A stretch of 36,860 bases of DNA from a virus (taxonomy: Duplodnaviria > Caudoviricetes): IMG/VR virus record IMGVR_UViG_3300020043_000479, positions 1 to 36,860 of that record; one strand, written 5' to 3'. A model generated the notes under the pieces. The model searched no databases and was not told where the DNA came from. It saw only the letters and a program-made list of their open reading frames with translations. Every line of letters begins with the position of its first letter. The first letter of the stretch is position 1. Made by a program: the position numbers and the translations under genes. Positions 26,422 through 34,880 of the stretch are shown here, one piece after another.

Positions 26422-27192
26422 ATGGCATCACTATCACCCGCCCCAAAGCTACAGTTTTTCGGAACTGATGGCTTACCCCTTGTTGGTGGCAAGCTGTATA
26501 CCTATGCGGCTGGCACTACAACGCCATTGGCTACATACGTTGACCACAATGGCGTAACCACAAACACCAATCCAATTATTTTGGACTCAAACGGTGAAGC
26601 TGATGTTTGGCTACCAGAGACTGAAGCATACAAGTATGTGCTGAAAGACGCAGATGATGTCTTGATGTATACCGTGGACTATGTTTCTGTTCCGCTTACA
26701 GCCAACTCGTTTGCTTCTCCTCCTCCAATTGGTAGTGATGTTCCTAACTCAGGCACTTTCACCACGTTGAACGTCACTGGCGTGGCGATCTTTGAAAGCA
26801 CTGCTGACTTTACAGACCCTGTAACTTTTGACTCTACGGTTGATATTGCTGGCGCTACTAGCATTGCTGGCAAGTTAACGCTGTCAGACACAAGTGCGTT
26901 GAAATTGAACGTAGGCACAACTGCTCAACGCCCTGCATCACCTGTGGATGGCGACATCCGCTACAACAGCGACACAGATAAGTATGAAGGCTACAGCGGC
27001 AGCTCATGGGGGCAACTCGGTGGCGGTGCTACTGGCGGCGGTGCTGACACGATCTTCGTGTTGAACGGTCAAACGGTCACAGTCGATTACACTATCCCCA
27101 CAGGCTTTAACGCCAGCTCCGTTGGTCCTATCACTATCTCTGACGGCATCACAGTTACGCTTCCCGCAAGCAGTAACTGGGTCATTTTGTAA
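26422..27192 (+). CDS. Tailspike/fibre base with head-binding-type N-terminal domain
   Basis: QFFGTDGLPLVGGKLYTY.AGTTTP...NPIILDSNG; GTTAQRP...IRYNS; C-terminal ...NWVIL domain. Confidence 0.8.
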   Translation: MASLSPAPKLQFFGTDGLPLVGGKLYTYAAGTTTPLATYVDHNGVTTNTNPIILDSNGEADVWLPETEAYKYVLKDADDVLMYTVDYVSVPLTANSFASPPPIGSDVPNSGTFTTLNVTGVAIFESTADFTDPVTFDSTVDIAGATSIAGKLTLSDTSALKLNVGTTAQRPASPVDGDIRYNSDTDKYEGYSGSSWGQLGGGATGGGADTIFVLNGQTVTVDYTIPTGFNASSVGPITISDGITVTLPASSNWVIL

Positions 27193-27201
27193 GGAAAGAA
27201 T

Positions 27202-27612
27202 ATGGCATACGGAACAGCAAACGTAGACAACATTCAGTCGAGTACGGTTGGAACCCCTGTTGTCTTTAAAGACGGCGGCGGTACGCAAATTGGTACGCTG
27301 TGTCGTGCTTGGGTGAACTTCAACGGCACAGGTACTGTTGCTATTCGTGCATCGTTTAACGTGTCCAGCATCACTGATAACGGCACAGGCGACTACACGG
27401 TGAACTTCACCAATGCTTTGGCTGACGCAAACTATGGTGTGAACGTCTCCTCGTCAAGCTACACAACGACTTCAAACTCTGCAAATCCTTGTATAAAAGG
27501 GACAGTGGCAGGCGGCGCGTCTAATAAAACAACCACTGCAATTTCTGTTCTTTCGTATGCTGGTAACTCGCTATACGATTTTGCAGAGTTTAATGTCGTA
27601 GTCTTCCGTTAA
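27202..27612 (+). CDS. Small tail-fibre module
   Basis: AWVNFNGTGTVAIRASFNVSSITDNGTGDYTVNF. Confidence 0.7.
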   Translation: MAYGTANVDNIQSSTVGTPVVFKDGGGTQIGTLCRAWVNFNGTGTVAIRASFNVSSITDNGTGDYTVNFTNALADANYGVNVSSSSYTTTSNSANPCIKGTVAGGASNKTTTAISVLSYAGNSLYDFAEFNVVVFR

Positions 27613-27623
27613 TAGGTGAACAA

Positions 27624-28022
27624 ATGACAGTAACAATCAACGCATCCCCTACAAACGGTTTAGTCCAGACTGCCGATGGTTCTGGTGTTCTCAAGGTTCA
27701 AAGTAACGGTGTGACCACCAATGCTTTGGCTTGGGTGAACTGGAATGGAACTGGCACAGTAGCTATTCGATCAAGCTACAACGTATCAAGTGTTACTGAC
27801 AACGGAACTGGTGACTATACGGTTAACTTTGCTACTGCACTTAGTGATGCAAATTATTCAATTGTAGGAACTGCTGGTGGCGGTGTTGCAAACGCATTAC
27901 CAAGATTTATTGGTCCAGGTCAAGCAAACCCTACAACAACGGCAGCTCGTATAACTGTTGGAGATGACACGGGTAATTTTGCAGATATGGCTTATTGCTC
28001 TATCGCAATTTTTGGCAATTAA
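27624..28022 (+). CDS. Small tail-fibre module (paralogue of 27202-27612)
   Basis: AWVNWNGTGTVAIRSSYNVSSVTDNGTGDYTVNF. Confidence 0.7.
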   Translation: MTVTINASPTNGLVQTADGSGVLKVQSNGVTTNALAWVNWNGTGTVAIRSSYNVSSVTDNGTGDYTVNFATALSDANYSIVGTAGGGVANALPRFIGPGQANPTTTAARITVGDDTGNFADMAYCSIAIFGN

Positions 28023-28038
28023 TTTTTAAGGAATCATC

Positions 28039-28443
28039 ATGGCACAAGTAATCATCTTCACAAACAGCAACGGCGGCGTATCCGTCTGCATCCCCACAGG
28101 CGAACTGCCAATTGAGGCAGTCAAAGCCAAGGACACCCCATCCACTTCAATCATCGTTCAAGATAGCGAACTGCCTCAAGCAGACAACGATTTCTTCAAC
28201 GCATGGGAGCTGGCTAACGGTGTTGTGACTGTCAATCTTGACAAGGCCAAGGAACTTACGCGCAGTCGATTGCGTGCCGAGCGTGAGCCTTTGTTGGCTG
28301 CACAGGATGTGTTGTATATGCGTGCAATGGAAGCACAGGCTGATGTGTCTGCAATCGTGGCTGAGAAGCAACGTCTGCGTGACATCACTAGCTTGGTTGA
28401 CGGTTGCGCTTCTACTCAAGAATTGCGGGAGTTGACTGTATGA
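28039..28443 (+). CDS. Tail fibre assembly chaperone-like protein
   Basis: FNAWE...RLRAEREPLL..QD...EKQRLRDIT. Confidence 0.6.
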   Translation: MAQVIIFTNSNGGVSVCIPTGELPIEAVKAKDTPSTSIIVQDSELPQADNDFFNAWELANGVVTVNLDKAKELTRSRLRAEREPLLAAQDVLYMRAMEAQADVSAIVAEKQRLRDITSLVDGCASTQELRELTV

Positions 28444-28943
28444 CAATGACTCTATCTGGCACTAGTGGTGGTATTGGAGTCATTGGCTCTGGTACTGCTG
28501 TCGCCTCCACCTCGGGTACTTCAATCGACTTCACCAGCTTGCCTGCTGGTTTGAAGCGTATTACTGTTGAATTTCAAGGTGTTAGCACAAACGGAACATC
28601 TGTAATTCTTTTGCAACTTGGCGCTGGCTCAGTAACCACATCTGGTTATTTAAGTTGTGCTTCTATTAACACTAGCGCAACCGTTACCGCAGCATATACG
28701 ACAGGTTTCGGGTTATCTCAACAAAACGCAGCCACAGATATACATCATGGAACATACGTTTTGACAAATTTAAGCGGAAACTCTTGGGTTTGTGGTGTGA
28801 ATATGGCTGACTCGTCACGGCCTGCTACATCACAAGGTGCTGGTTCTATAACTCTTGGTGGAACTCTTGACCGTGTACGAATCACCACAGTAAACGGCAC
28901 AGACACCTTTGACGCTGGTTCAATCAACATTCTGTATGAGTGA
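28440..28943 (+). CDS. Small tail-fibre module (second family)
   Basis: STSGTSIDFTSLP...GTLDRVRITTVNGTDTFDAGSINILYE; ATG 28440. Confidence 0.7.
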   Translation: MTMTLSGTSGGIGVIGSGTAVASTSGTSIDFTSLPAGLKRITVEFQGVSTNGTSVILLQLGAGSVTTSGYLSCASINTSATVTAAYTTGFGLSQQNAATDIHHGTYVLTNLSGNSWVCGVNMADSSRPATSQGAGSITLGGTLDRVRITTVNGTDTFDAGSINILYE

Positions 28944-29152
28944 TTATGAGCGACACCATTTCAGTAACAGCAGCTCGATTAGACACACATGAGGCCGTGT
29001 GCGCCCAAAGATACGAAACTATCACTGACCGACTTGACAAGGGTGCAGAGCGCATGGACAAGATGCAATATCTTATCTACGCAGTCCTTGCAGCCGTGTT
29101 GCTTGGGCCTGGTGCTGCTGCTGAGTTCTTTAAAAAGTTAATCGGTTTGTGA
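28940..29152 (+). CDS. Holin-like / XhlA-like membrane protein
   Basis: HEAVCAQRY coiled coil plus a C-terminal TM helix; first gene of the lysis region. Confidence 0.5.
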   Translation: MIMSDTISVTAARLDTHEAVCAQRYETITDRLDKGAERMDKMQYLIYAVLAAVLLGPGAAAEFFKKLIGL

Positions 29153-29153
29153 T

Positions 29154-29840
29154 GTGCCAATTGGGACTGCGTTATTCGCGGCGACAACGGCTTTTCAGCT
29201 AGTCAAAGAGGGCTGCGCTCTTTACAAAGAAGTCAAGGGTGTAGCTGGCAACGTAAAGCAAATCTATGATGAAATTTCTGGTCAATTCTCTGGTAAACCA
29301 ATTACGAAAGAACAGGCTAAGAAGGTTGAGGCAGCGAAAGCGCGTGTTGCGGAAGTAGCAAAAGCAGACCCTGACCAAGTTATTTTCAAGATTGGTGACG
29401 AACTTGGGAATATGTTTGATGCGTTTGACAGGTTAGAAGAGCTTTTCTGGGAACAGGAAAGGGAAGCTAAAAAAGTCCAAGCCGCTGGCACTTCATTGAA
29501 GCGCATGGCTTTGAAACGAATCATGGTGCGTCAGAAACTGTTGGCTATGCAAGTGGAGTTGCGGGAACAGATGGTTTACCACAGCCCACCTGAATTGGGT
29601 GCTTTGTGGTCGCAGTTTGAAGAAATGCGTAAGCAGATTGAAGAAGAACAAAGGATTGCGCGTGAAAAGCAGGCAAGAGAAGATGCTATTTTGAAGCGTG
29701 AGCAAGATGAGTTGATGCGTGAGGTTGCCGAGAAATCAATTGATGCTGGTGTTGCTATAGTTGGGTTGCTGTTTTTAGGGTGGTTGTTGTGGCAAGTAAA
29801 AAACCAAGCGATTCAACGAGCGTCTTTTTGGCACATCTAA
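29154..29840 (+). CDS. Coiled-coil protein with C-terminal TM anchor
   Basis: GTG start; long charged helices; AGVAIVGLLFLGWLLW. Confidence 0.7.
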   Translation: MPIGTALFAATTAFQLVKEGCALYKEVKGVAGNVKQIYDEISGQFSGKPITKEQAKKVEAAKARVAEVAKADPDQVIFKIGDELGNMFDAFDRLEELFWEQEREAKKVQAAGTSLKRMALKRIMVRQKLLAMQVELREQMVYHSPPELGALWSQFEEMRKQIEEEQRIAREKQAREDAILKREQDELMREVAEKSIDAGVAIVGLLFLGWLLWQVKNQAIQRASFWHI

Positions 29841-29980
29841 TTGTTTTGGCTGTGCTGGTCGTGGTGTTTGCACTGTCTTTCATTGCTTATGTGGAAACGC
29901 TATGGATGAAGGCAGAGATTCAAAAAGAAGCCCGTGAATTGCGTAAGCTGAAAGAACAAGTAAAGGAAAAGCTGAAATGA
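29780..29980 (+). CDS. Small membrane protein
   Basis: One TM helix then a basic coiled coil; stop overlaps the next ATG. Confidence 0.6.
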   Translation: MVVVASKKPSDSTSVFLAHLIVLAVLVVVFALSFIAYVETLWMKAEIQKEARELRKLKEQVKEKLK

Positions 29981-30195
29981 AGTGGTTGATTTTGTTTGCG
30001 GCTCTTGTCGCTTTTATTTTGGCTGGCTGTGAAGACAGATACCGATACCCATGCCAAAGTCCTGATAACTTTAACTTGCCAGAGTGTCAAAAGCCACGTT
30101 GCTTATTTACTCAAACTTGCCCAGAATATCTTGTTGCCCCTGTATTGGAGAAGAAAATTGAACCAGCCCAACCAACAGCATCGTCTGAGCGTTGA
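29977..30195 (+). CDS. Cys-rich lipoprotein
   Basis: Signal peptide with lipobox LAGC and four further Cys. Confidence 0.75.
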   Translation: MKWLILFAALVAFILAGCEDRYRYPCQSPDNFNLPECQKPRCLFTQTCPEYLVAPVLEKKIEPAQPTASSER

Positions 30196-30628
30196 ACAGA
30201 TTGAAACCTACGTCTGGGGTTTTGTTGTCATTATTGTGACGCTAATCCTTGCCTTCATTGTCTGTGCTTTGCTTTATTCTGTGACCTTTGTTGTCCAGCC
30301 AATCAAGTCAATGGCTCCTATTGACATGGCTTACACCAAGATGTTGAACGACATTGTTCTTTTGGTCGTTGGCGGTATCGGTGGCGTAATGAGCCGCAAA
30401 GGTATTAACGCAGTAAGTGGTGGCATAAGCGCAACCATTGAAAAGACGACTGTTGGGAGTACAACGCCCCCAAAGCCTCTTGACCCATCAGGTGCATTGC
30501 CTGTATGGGTCAATCCTGAATTAGATGAGACTTGGGTTCCACCACCACCACCAACAACACCACCAGAGCATCTTGAGTCTGATGAGGTACGCGCAGAGAT
30601 TGCCGCAGCAAGGGCTGGTGAAAGATGA
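30158..30628 (+). CDS. Two-TM membrane protein with Pro-rich tail (possible holin)
   Basis: TTG start with GGAG 7 nt upstream; TMs VWGFVVIIV... and IVLLVVGGIGG. Confidence 0.65.
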   Translation: MNQPNQQHRLSVEQIETYVWGFVVIIVTLILAFIVCALLYSVTFVVQPIKSMAPIDMAYTKMLNDIVLLVVGGIGGVMSRKGINAVSGGISATIEKTTVGSTTPPKPLDPSGALPVWVNPELDETWVPPPPPTTPPEHLESDEVRAEIAAARAGER

Positions 30629-31047
30629 TTAACCCTTGGATGATTATTGTGGCTATTGCATTTGCTCTAAGCACATATTTTTATGGACACCACAAAGGTT
30701 ATGCCCAAAAGGATATGGAAGATCAAATTGTTATTGCTCAAAAAAACACAGAAATGGCGAGGTTGAAAAATGAACAAGATGCTAAAGACACATTTGTTAA
30801 ACATGAGTTTGAAACTAAGCTGTCTGGCGTTCTTGCTAGTCGCCCAAGGTTGTTCGTCACCACAACCGCCAAGAGTGGATGTTCCCCCACTGCCAGCAAC
30901 GATGGTAAAGAGAGAGCCGAACTTGACGGACAGACTGTTGAAGACCTTATCAGGCTCGTTGCCGAGGGAGACAGAGCAATCATTGAACTCAACTCCTGCA
31001 TCGACCGTTACAACCAAGTGAAGGAGACTTTAAGTGGTGAACGCTGA
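30625..31047 (+). CDS. Rz: i-spanin (Rz-like)
   Basis: N-terminal TM, coiled coil, RLFV...AELD...LIRLVAEGD.AI..LNSC. Confidence 0.8.
   Translation: MINPWMIIVAIAFALSTYFYGHHKGYAQKDMEDQIVIAQKNTEMARLKNEQDAKDTFVKHEFETKLSGVLASRPRLFVTTTAKSGCSPTASNDGKERAELDGQTVEDLIRLVAEGDRAIIELNSCIDRYNQVKETLSGER
30803..31021 (+). CDS. Rz1: o-spanin (Rz1-like lipoprotein) embedded in Rz
   Basis: MSLKLSCLAFLLVAQGC lipobox then Pro-rich SSPQPPRVDVPPLP, in the +1 frame. Confidence 0.75.
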   Translation: MSLKLSCLAFLLVAQGCSSPQPPRVDVPPLPATMVKREPNLTDRLLKTLSGSLPRETEQSLNSTPASTVTTK

Positions 31048-31630
31048 ACAACTAGCAAAACTTCATATTGGTGCTGAATGGGTTGATGCTTTGAATGAAA
31101 CATTTGAGCGTTTTGGAATTAGCACACCGCGCCAGCAAGCTGCTTTCATTGGTCAATGTGGGCATGAGTGCGGAAACTTTCGCATCCTTGAAGAAAACTT
31201 AAATTACAAAGCTGAATCCTTATGCAAGTTGTGGCCTAAAAGGTTTGACAACAACAAAGCACAAGTATGTCAACGCAATCCTAAGTTGATCGCCAATACT
31301 GTTTACAGCGCACGTATGGGAAACAGAGACGAGTCATCAGGGGATGGTTATCGTTTTCGTGGAAGAGGTTGCATCCAATTAACTGGATATAGCAACTACT
31401 TTTACGCATCAAAGGCAATTGGCGTTGACTTTGTGATGGAGCCTGGCTTGGTTGCTACTCCAAAATATGCAGCTTTAACTGCTGGCTGGTTCTGGTCAAC
31501 CCACAACTGCAACGCTTTGGCTGAAGCTGCTGATTGGGTTGGATTAACCAAGAAAATCAATGGTGGCACGATTGGTTTAGATGACCGAATCAAGCACACC
31601 AATGAGGCTTTAGCTGTCCTTCAGTCTTGA
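31034..31630 (+). CDS. Endolysin, glycoside hydrolase family 19
   Basis: AAFIGQCGHEC...EENLNY...DGYRFRGRGCIQLTG..NY...TKKINGG.IGLDDR. Confidence 0.92.
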   Translation: MVNAEQLAKLHIGAEWVDALNETFERFGISTPRQQAAFIGQCGHECGNFRILEENLNYKAESLCKLWPKRFDNNKAQVCQRNPKLIANTVYSARMGNRDESSGDGYRFRGRGCIQLTGYSNYFYASKAIGVDFVMEPGLVATPKYAALTAGWFWSTHNCNALAEAADWVGLTKKINGGTIGLDDRIKHTNEALAVLQS

Positions 31631-31713
31631 GCAACTAACAAAGCAAGGACAACAAGAAACACAGCCAAATATAGGGCTACTGCGGCAAACAAAAAGCCAA
31701 TTAGTTCAACCAT
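31621..31713 (-). CDS. Small hydrophobic peptide (30 aa)
   Basis: Read by hand: MVELIGFLFAAVALYLAVFLVVLALLVAQD; overlaps the endolysin stop tail-to-tail. Confidence 0.45.
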   Translation of the reverse strand: MVELIGFLFAAVALYLAVFLVVLALLVAQD

Positions 31714-31900
31714 GTTTGTGTTCCCTTGCTTCTGCTAGTGTTTGGAAATATTCGTCACAGCGTTTGCAACGCCAAAGCCTTTGTTCTTTGACCTTTGCAA
31801 CACGCTGCTCACGATCAAGCCATCCAATCGTTTGGCAAGAGTCGCCCCGATAACTTGTCACGCTTTCGATGTGTGACGGCAATCTTTGACCTGTTTTCAT
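31706..31900 (-). CDS. Small Zn-finger-like protein (start uncertain)
   Basis: WRCKRCDEYF..LAEAREHKH. Confidence 0.5.
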   Translation of the reverse strand: MKTGQRLPSHIESVTSYRGDSCQTIGWLDREQRVAKVKEQRLWRCKRCDEYFQTLAEAREHKHG

Positions 31901-32015
31901 TGGACTTTGGTGGCTTAACTGGTTTTGGCTCTTTGGCCTGCAATGGCTGGTAAGGCCACGGTGCATTTGGCGCTAGGATTGTCTTGTACTGCTGAAATTC
32001 TGTCGAATTCTTCAT
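31815..32015 (-). CDS. Hypothetical protein
   Basis: ORF track; LAPNAPWP motif. Confidence 0.45.
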   Translation of the reverse strand: MKNSTEFQQYKTILAPNAPWPYQPLQAKEPKPVKPPKSNENRSKIAVTHRKRDKLSGRLLPNDWMA

Positions 32016-32103
32016 CTTCTTCTTTTGTCCATTTGATGTTGTCGTAACCGCTTGACCATTTCTTGTGGTCTGTTGGGCGTTGCTTGTCGCCTTTGCCGTT
32101 CAT
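31915..32103 (-). CDS. Hypothetical protein
   Basis: MNGKGDKQRP...YDNIKW; ATGA-coupled to the upstream gene. Confidence 0.55.
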   Translation of the reverse strand: MNGKGDKQRPTDHKKWSSGYDNIKWTKEEDEEFDRISAVQDNPSAKCTVALPAIAGQRAKTS

Positions 32104-32351
32104 TTGATCCCCTTTGGCATCCCTGCCTTTGAGTAAACATAAAACATAGTTACATCTGTGGAAACACGCGCTTTGGTCTTGGGAAAGTCGCTCAAAACGC
32201 TTGTCTTGGCTCTGCCATCGCTTTCGCGTGTAGCCCTAGCCATTGTTCCAAATTTCTGACCATTCAGTTTTGCGTCTGATTCTTTGCGAATTGTTGACAT
32301 AAATTCTGGCATATACGTCTTAACGTAGTCAGGTGAAAAAGCGTTAATCAT
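32100..32351 (-). CDS. Hypothetical protein
   Basis: ORF track; in the leftward operon. Confidence 0.6.
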   Translation of the reverse strand: MINAFSPDYVKTYMPEFMSTIRKESDAKLNGQKFGTMARATRESDGRAKTSVLSDFPKTKARVSTDVTMFYVYSKAGMPKGIK

Positions 32352-32393
32352 CTAGCATCCAATCAATTAAAAGTCCGATTATCAAAAGTTCAA

Positions 32394-32696
32394 TCACAGC
32401 AAGTCCTGTTGAAAAGGCTTGAAACGCCATTCACGTTCTTGCCTGCCGCTGTTTGATTTGACGGTGATGCCTGTCTGTTCAATTAAATCCATCTTTTCCA
32501 ACTCGCTCAAACGTCTTGCTACTTGGTTGCTTTGTAAGCCTGTCTGTTTGGCAATGCCATCTTTACCCATTGGGCCAAATCGTTGCAATGCAGCCACAAT
32601 GACTTCTTGGTGCATCTTGGCCACGTCTTTGATTGAATCAGCCGCTTGAAAGCTGGTGATTGCATCTGTTGCTCTTGCTCTGAAAAATTTAAACAT
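32394..32696 (-). CDS. Winged-helix DNA-binding protein
   Basis: ARATD..TS..AA...IAKQTGL...VARRLSELEK..LI...GRQEREW; ATG 32696. Confidence 0.75.
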   Translation of the reverse strand: MFKFFRARATDAITSFQAADSIKDVAKMHQEVIVAALQRFGPMGKDGIAKQTGLQSNQVARRLSELEKMDLIEQTGITVKSNSGRQEREWRFKPFQQDLL

Positions 32697-32718
32697 ATTC
32701 GTTCCTATGCAAATGGGT

Positions 32719-32791
32719 GGTGGTACTCGCTGCACTAGCGTTTCTTTATGGTCACTGTGTACAACAGCTAACTAGCATCCGCTTTCCCACC
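32719..32791 (-). ncRNA. Candidate structured RNA with bulged-G (AGUA/GAA) internal loop
   Basis: Minus strand GGUGG-GAAA-GC...GC-GAGUA-CCACC, with CUAG/CUAG and CUGU/ACAG stems. Confidence 0.45.
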
Positions 32792-32797
32792 GAAATC

Positions 32798-33052
32798 TTA
32801 GAAATTCAAATCATCATCTGGGAAGCCATCGTTTGATTGCTTCTTTGGCGCAAACTTCTGGTCGCCTTCTTTTGGCTCAAAAAGGTAAGCCCAACCTTCC
32901 CATCCGCCTTCAACCAAAGGAACTTGGTCAAGTTTCAGCATTGGGCCTTTTTTGGTTTCAATCACGCTACCAATGCGTTGGTAACGGGTCTTTTCCTGAC
33001 CATCCTTTTGGTATGTGCCAGCTTTTACAGTCACTTCATAGATTACTGCCAT
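32798..33052 (-). CDS. Small ssDNA-binding-like protein
   Basis: YQKDGQEKTRYQRIG beta-rich core, acidic-aromatic tail FPDDDLNF; follows the recombination genes. Confidence 0.65.
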   Translation of the reverse strand: MAVIYEVTVKAGTYQKDGQEKTRYQRIGSVIETKKGPMLKLDQVPLVEGGWEGWAYLFEPKEGDQKFAPKKQSNDGFPDDDLNF

Positions 33053-33689
33053 TTTTTTCTTTCAGTTCGTTAAGTTTCGTAATTTTTCCATCTAGTTCTT
33101 TGAGGAACTTTTGGACTTCTTCTTCAAGCATTGCAATGTAAGCGGCATCCCGTGGGACACGCTTTACAAACAATTGAAGCTCTGTAGGCAACCTTGGGTC
33201 AAATGACACAAAGTCACACCATTGGCGACCAGTGCAAGCCATCTGCCATTGCATCTGGGTGTTGTACTTACCTGGCACTGTTTGGCTCAAAAGTGTATCA
33301 ATATGGGTCGCTGTGTTAGGGCATTTAATCTCAAGCATTCCTTCATCACCCACCAAGCCGTCAGGAGAAGCGCCAGAGGCTTCAATCGTTGGGTGGGAAA
33401 TCATGGCAACTTCATCTACTAAAACGTCAGCATGGGCTTCATACGCCGCCCTAGCCAATGGTTCTGTTTCAGTTCCCCATTGCATAGCCGAGTTTGAATA
33501 GGATTCAGCCACGGTGTTGGTCATACGCTCACAAACCAACTGAGCCATGTAGTTGTCACGGCTTGTGCTGTAACCTGTCTTTGTCTTGGCGATAACGTCA
33601 GCAACACGGCTAGCAGTTACTCGGCCAATTCTTTGAGCCATCCATTCGGGCGTTCCCTGCTTAATATTTAGCGATTCGTTTGCATCCAT
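33036..33689 (-). CDS. YqaJ / lambda-exonuclease family protein
   Basis: QGTPEW..R.G.VTAS, ASPDGLV, LEIKCP, QMQWQM; ATG 33689 with GGAG SD. Confidence 0.92.
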   Translation of the reverse strand: MDANESLNIKQGTPEWMAQRIGRVTASRVADVIAKTKTGYSTSRDNYMAQLVCERMTNTVAESYSNSAMQWGTETEPLARAAYEAHADVLVDEVAMISHPTIEASGASPDGLVGDEGMLEIKCPNTATHIDTLLSQTVPGKYNTQMQWQMACTGRQWCDFVSFDPRLPTELQLFVKRVPRDAAYIAMLEEEVQKFLKELDGKITKLNELKEKNGSNL

Positions 33690-34272
33690 CTTTTGCGCTC
33701 CATTCTTTGTTTCTACGTTTGTCTGTCCAACCATCAACCCATTTGATAATTGTTTGTTTTTTTACCTTGTAAACATCTGCGGCTTCTTGCAATGATTCAT
33801 ACAGCTTTCCATTAACAAGCCAAACGCAAGAATTTGATTTGTTTTTTTGTTGTTCTGAATGTGTTGCCCAACGACAGTTTTCTTTGAAATATCCAAGGTT
33901 GTTATCAATTCTGTCAATTGATTTTCCTTTTGGTTTTTCTCCCATATCAAGATAAAACTGCTCAAAAGAATCTGCCCATTTTTGGCAAACGGTAATTCCT
34001 CTATTGCCATAACTATCAAAATCTTTTGAGTTTTTGTTAAAACATCTATCTTTCATAGAAGCCCAAGACGAATAAGTGCCTGTGTATTTCATGCCATGAG
34101 TTGTTTTTTTTATTCCAGCCGCATGAGAGCCACATTTTTTACATTGACTAACTCGGTGATGTTTTACTCTAGTTGCAATGTATTCAGACACATCACCACA
34201 ATCACATTGACAGACCCATTTGATATGGCCATCTTTTGATCGTTGTGATGTTTCAGATAAAAATTTAAGCAT
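33661..34272 (-). CDS. Free-standing HNH homing endonuclease
   Basis: WVCQCDCG, SWASMKDRC, YGNRGITVC..W, SIDRIDNN.GY..ENCRWAT; NUMOD1-like tail; AT-rich. Confidence 0.85.
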   Translation of the reverse strand: MLKFLSETSQRSKDGHIKWVCQCDCGDVSEYIATRVKHHRVSQCKKCGSHAAGIKKTTHGMKYTGTYSSWASMKDRCFNKNSKDFDSYGNRGITVCQKWADSFEQFYLDMGEKPKGKSIDRIDNNLGYFKENCRWATHSEQQKNKSNSCVWLVNGKLYESLQEAADVYKVKKQTIIKWVDGWTDKRRNKEWSAKDGCKRIAKY

Positions 34273-34319
34273 ATTCGCCTTTGCTGTAATGGTTTACAAA
34301 ATTATAAACCATAACCGCA

Positions 34320-34880
34320 TTAACTTAGTGCCGCTTTCTTTTCATCTTTGACTGCAATTACTTTCTTTTGCCAGTTGGCATCTGTGCCACAAGCCTTGTA
34401 AGCTGCTTGATAAGCAGTCTTCAGGGTTGCTTCATCAGTAGCGTCTTGAATAGCCAACAGGTGATCAGCCATCAAGTTGGAATCCACCACAGTTTTTTCA
34501 GCGCGTGAGGCTTTGTTGCCATCATCATCTTCTGGTGCAATTCCGCAAGCCGCCATCAAGGATGCTCTACGACCATATGTCAAGGCGCTCATAAATCCTT
34601 GAGCATCATTTTTTGCTGCTGGAAAAAACAAACAACCACACTCAAGCATTTCTCCAGATTCGTGAACAAATACAGTTTCCACCATAATTCCATTTTGATG
34701 GTCGTAGTTTTTTTGCAACAAAAAAATACCATTGTTGTTTAAAGCATCAATTACTGCTTCAACACAACTTGAAAGATTTGCATATTTGCTACGAAAATGA
34801 GGATTGGTTGCTGTTTTAAGAGCTGGTCCAAATTCTTTTTGAGCCTTAACTAAAGCGGTGGCTATGTTTTTCATTTCCAA
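34320..34880 (-). CDS. erf: Erf-family single-strand annealing protein
   Basis: NPHFRSKYA.L, HESGE, QG..SALTY.RR.SL....GIAPEDDDGN. Confidence 0.9.
   Translation of the reverse strand: MEMKNIATALVKAQKEFGPALKTATNPHFRSKYANLSSCVEAVIDALNNNGIFLLQKNYDHQNGIMVETVFVHESGEMLECGCLFFPAAKNDAQGFMSALTYGRRASLMAACGIAPEDDDGNKASRAEKTVVDSNLMADHLLAIQDATDEATLKTAYQAAYKACGTDANWQKKVIAVKDEKKAALS

Noticed and set aside
27300-27830. Paralogous fibre segments as DGR template/variable repeats or an invertible cassette
   Set aside because: Differences are mostly synonymous and not adenine-specific; no reverse transcriptase or invertase present
33661-34320. HNH gene as part of a group I intron
   Set aside because: Flanking erf and exonuclease ORFs are each intact and there is no room for an intron core
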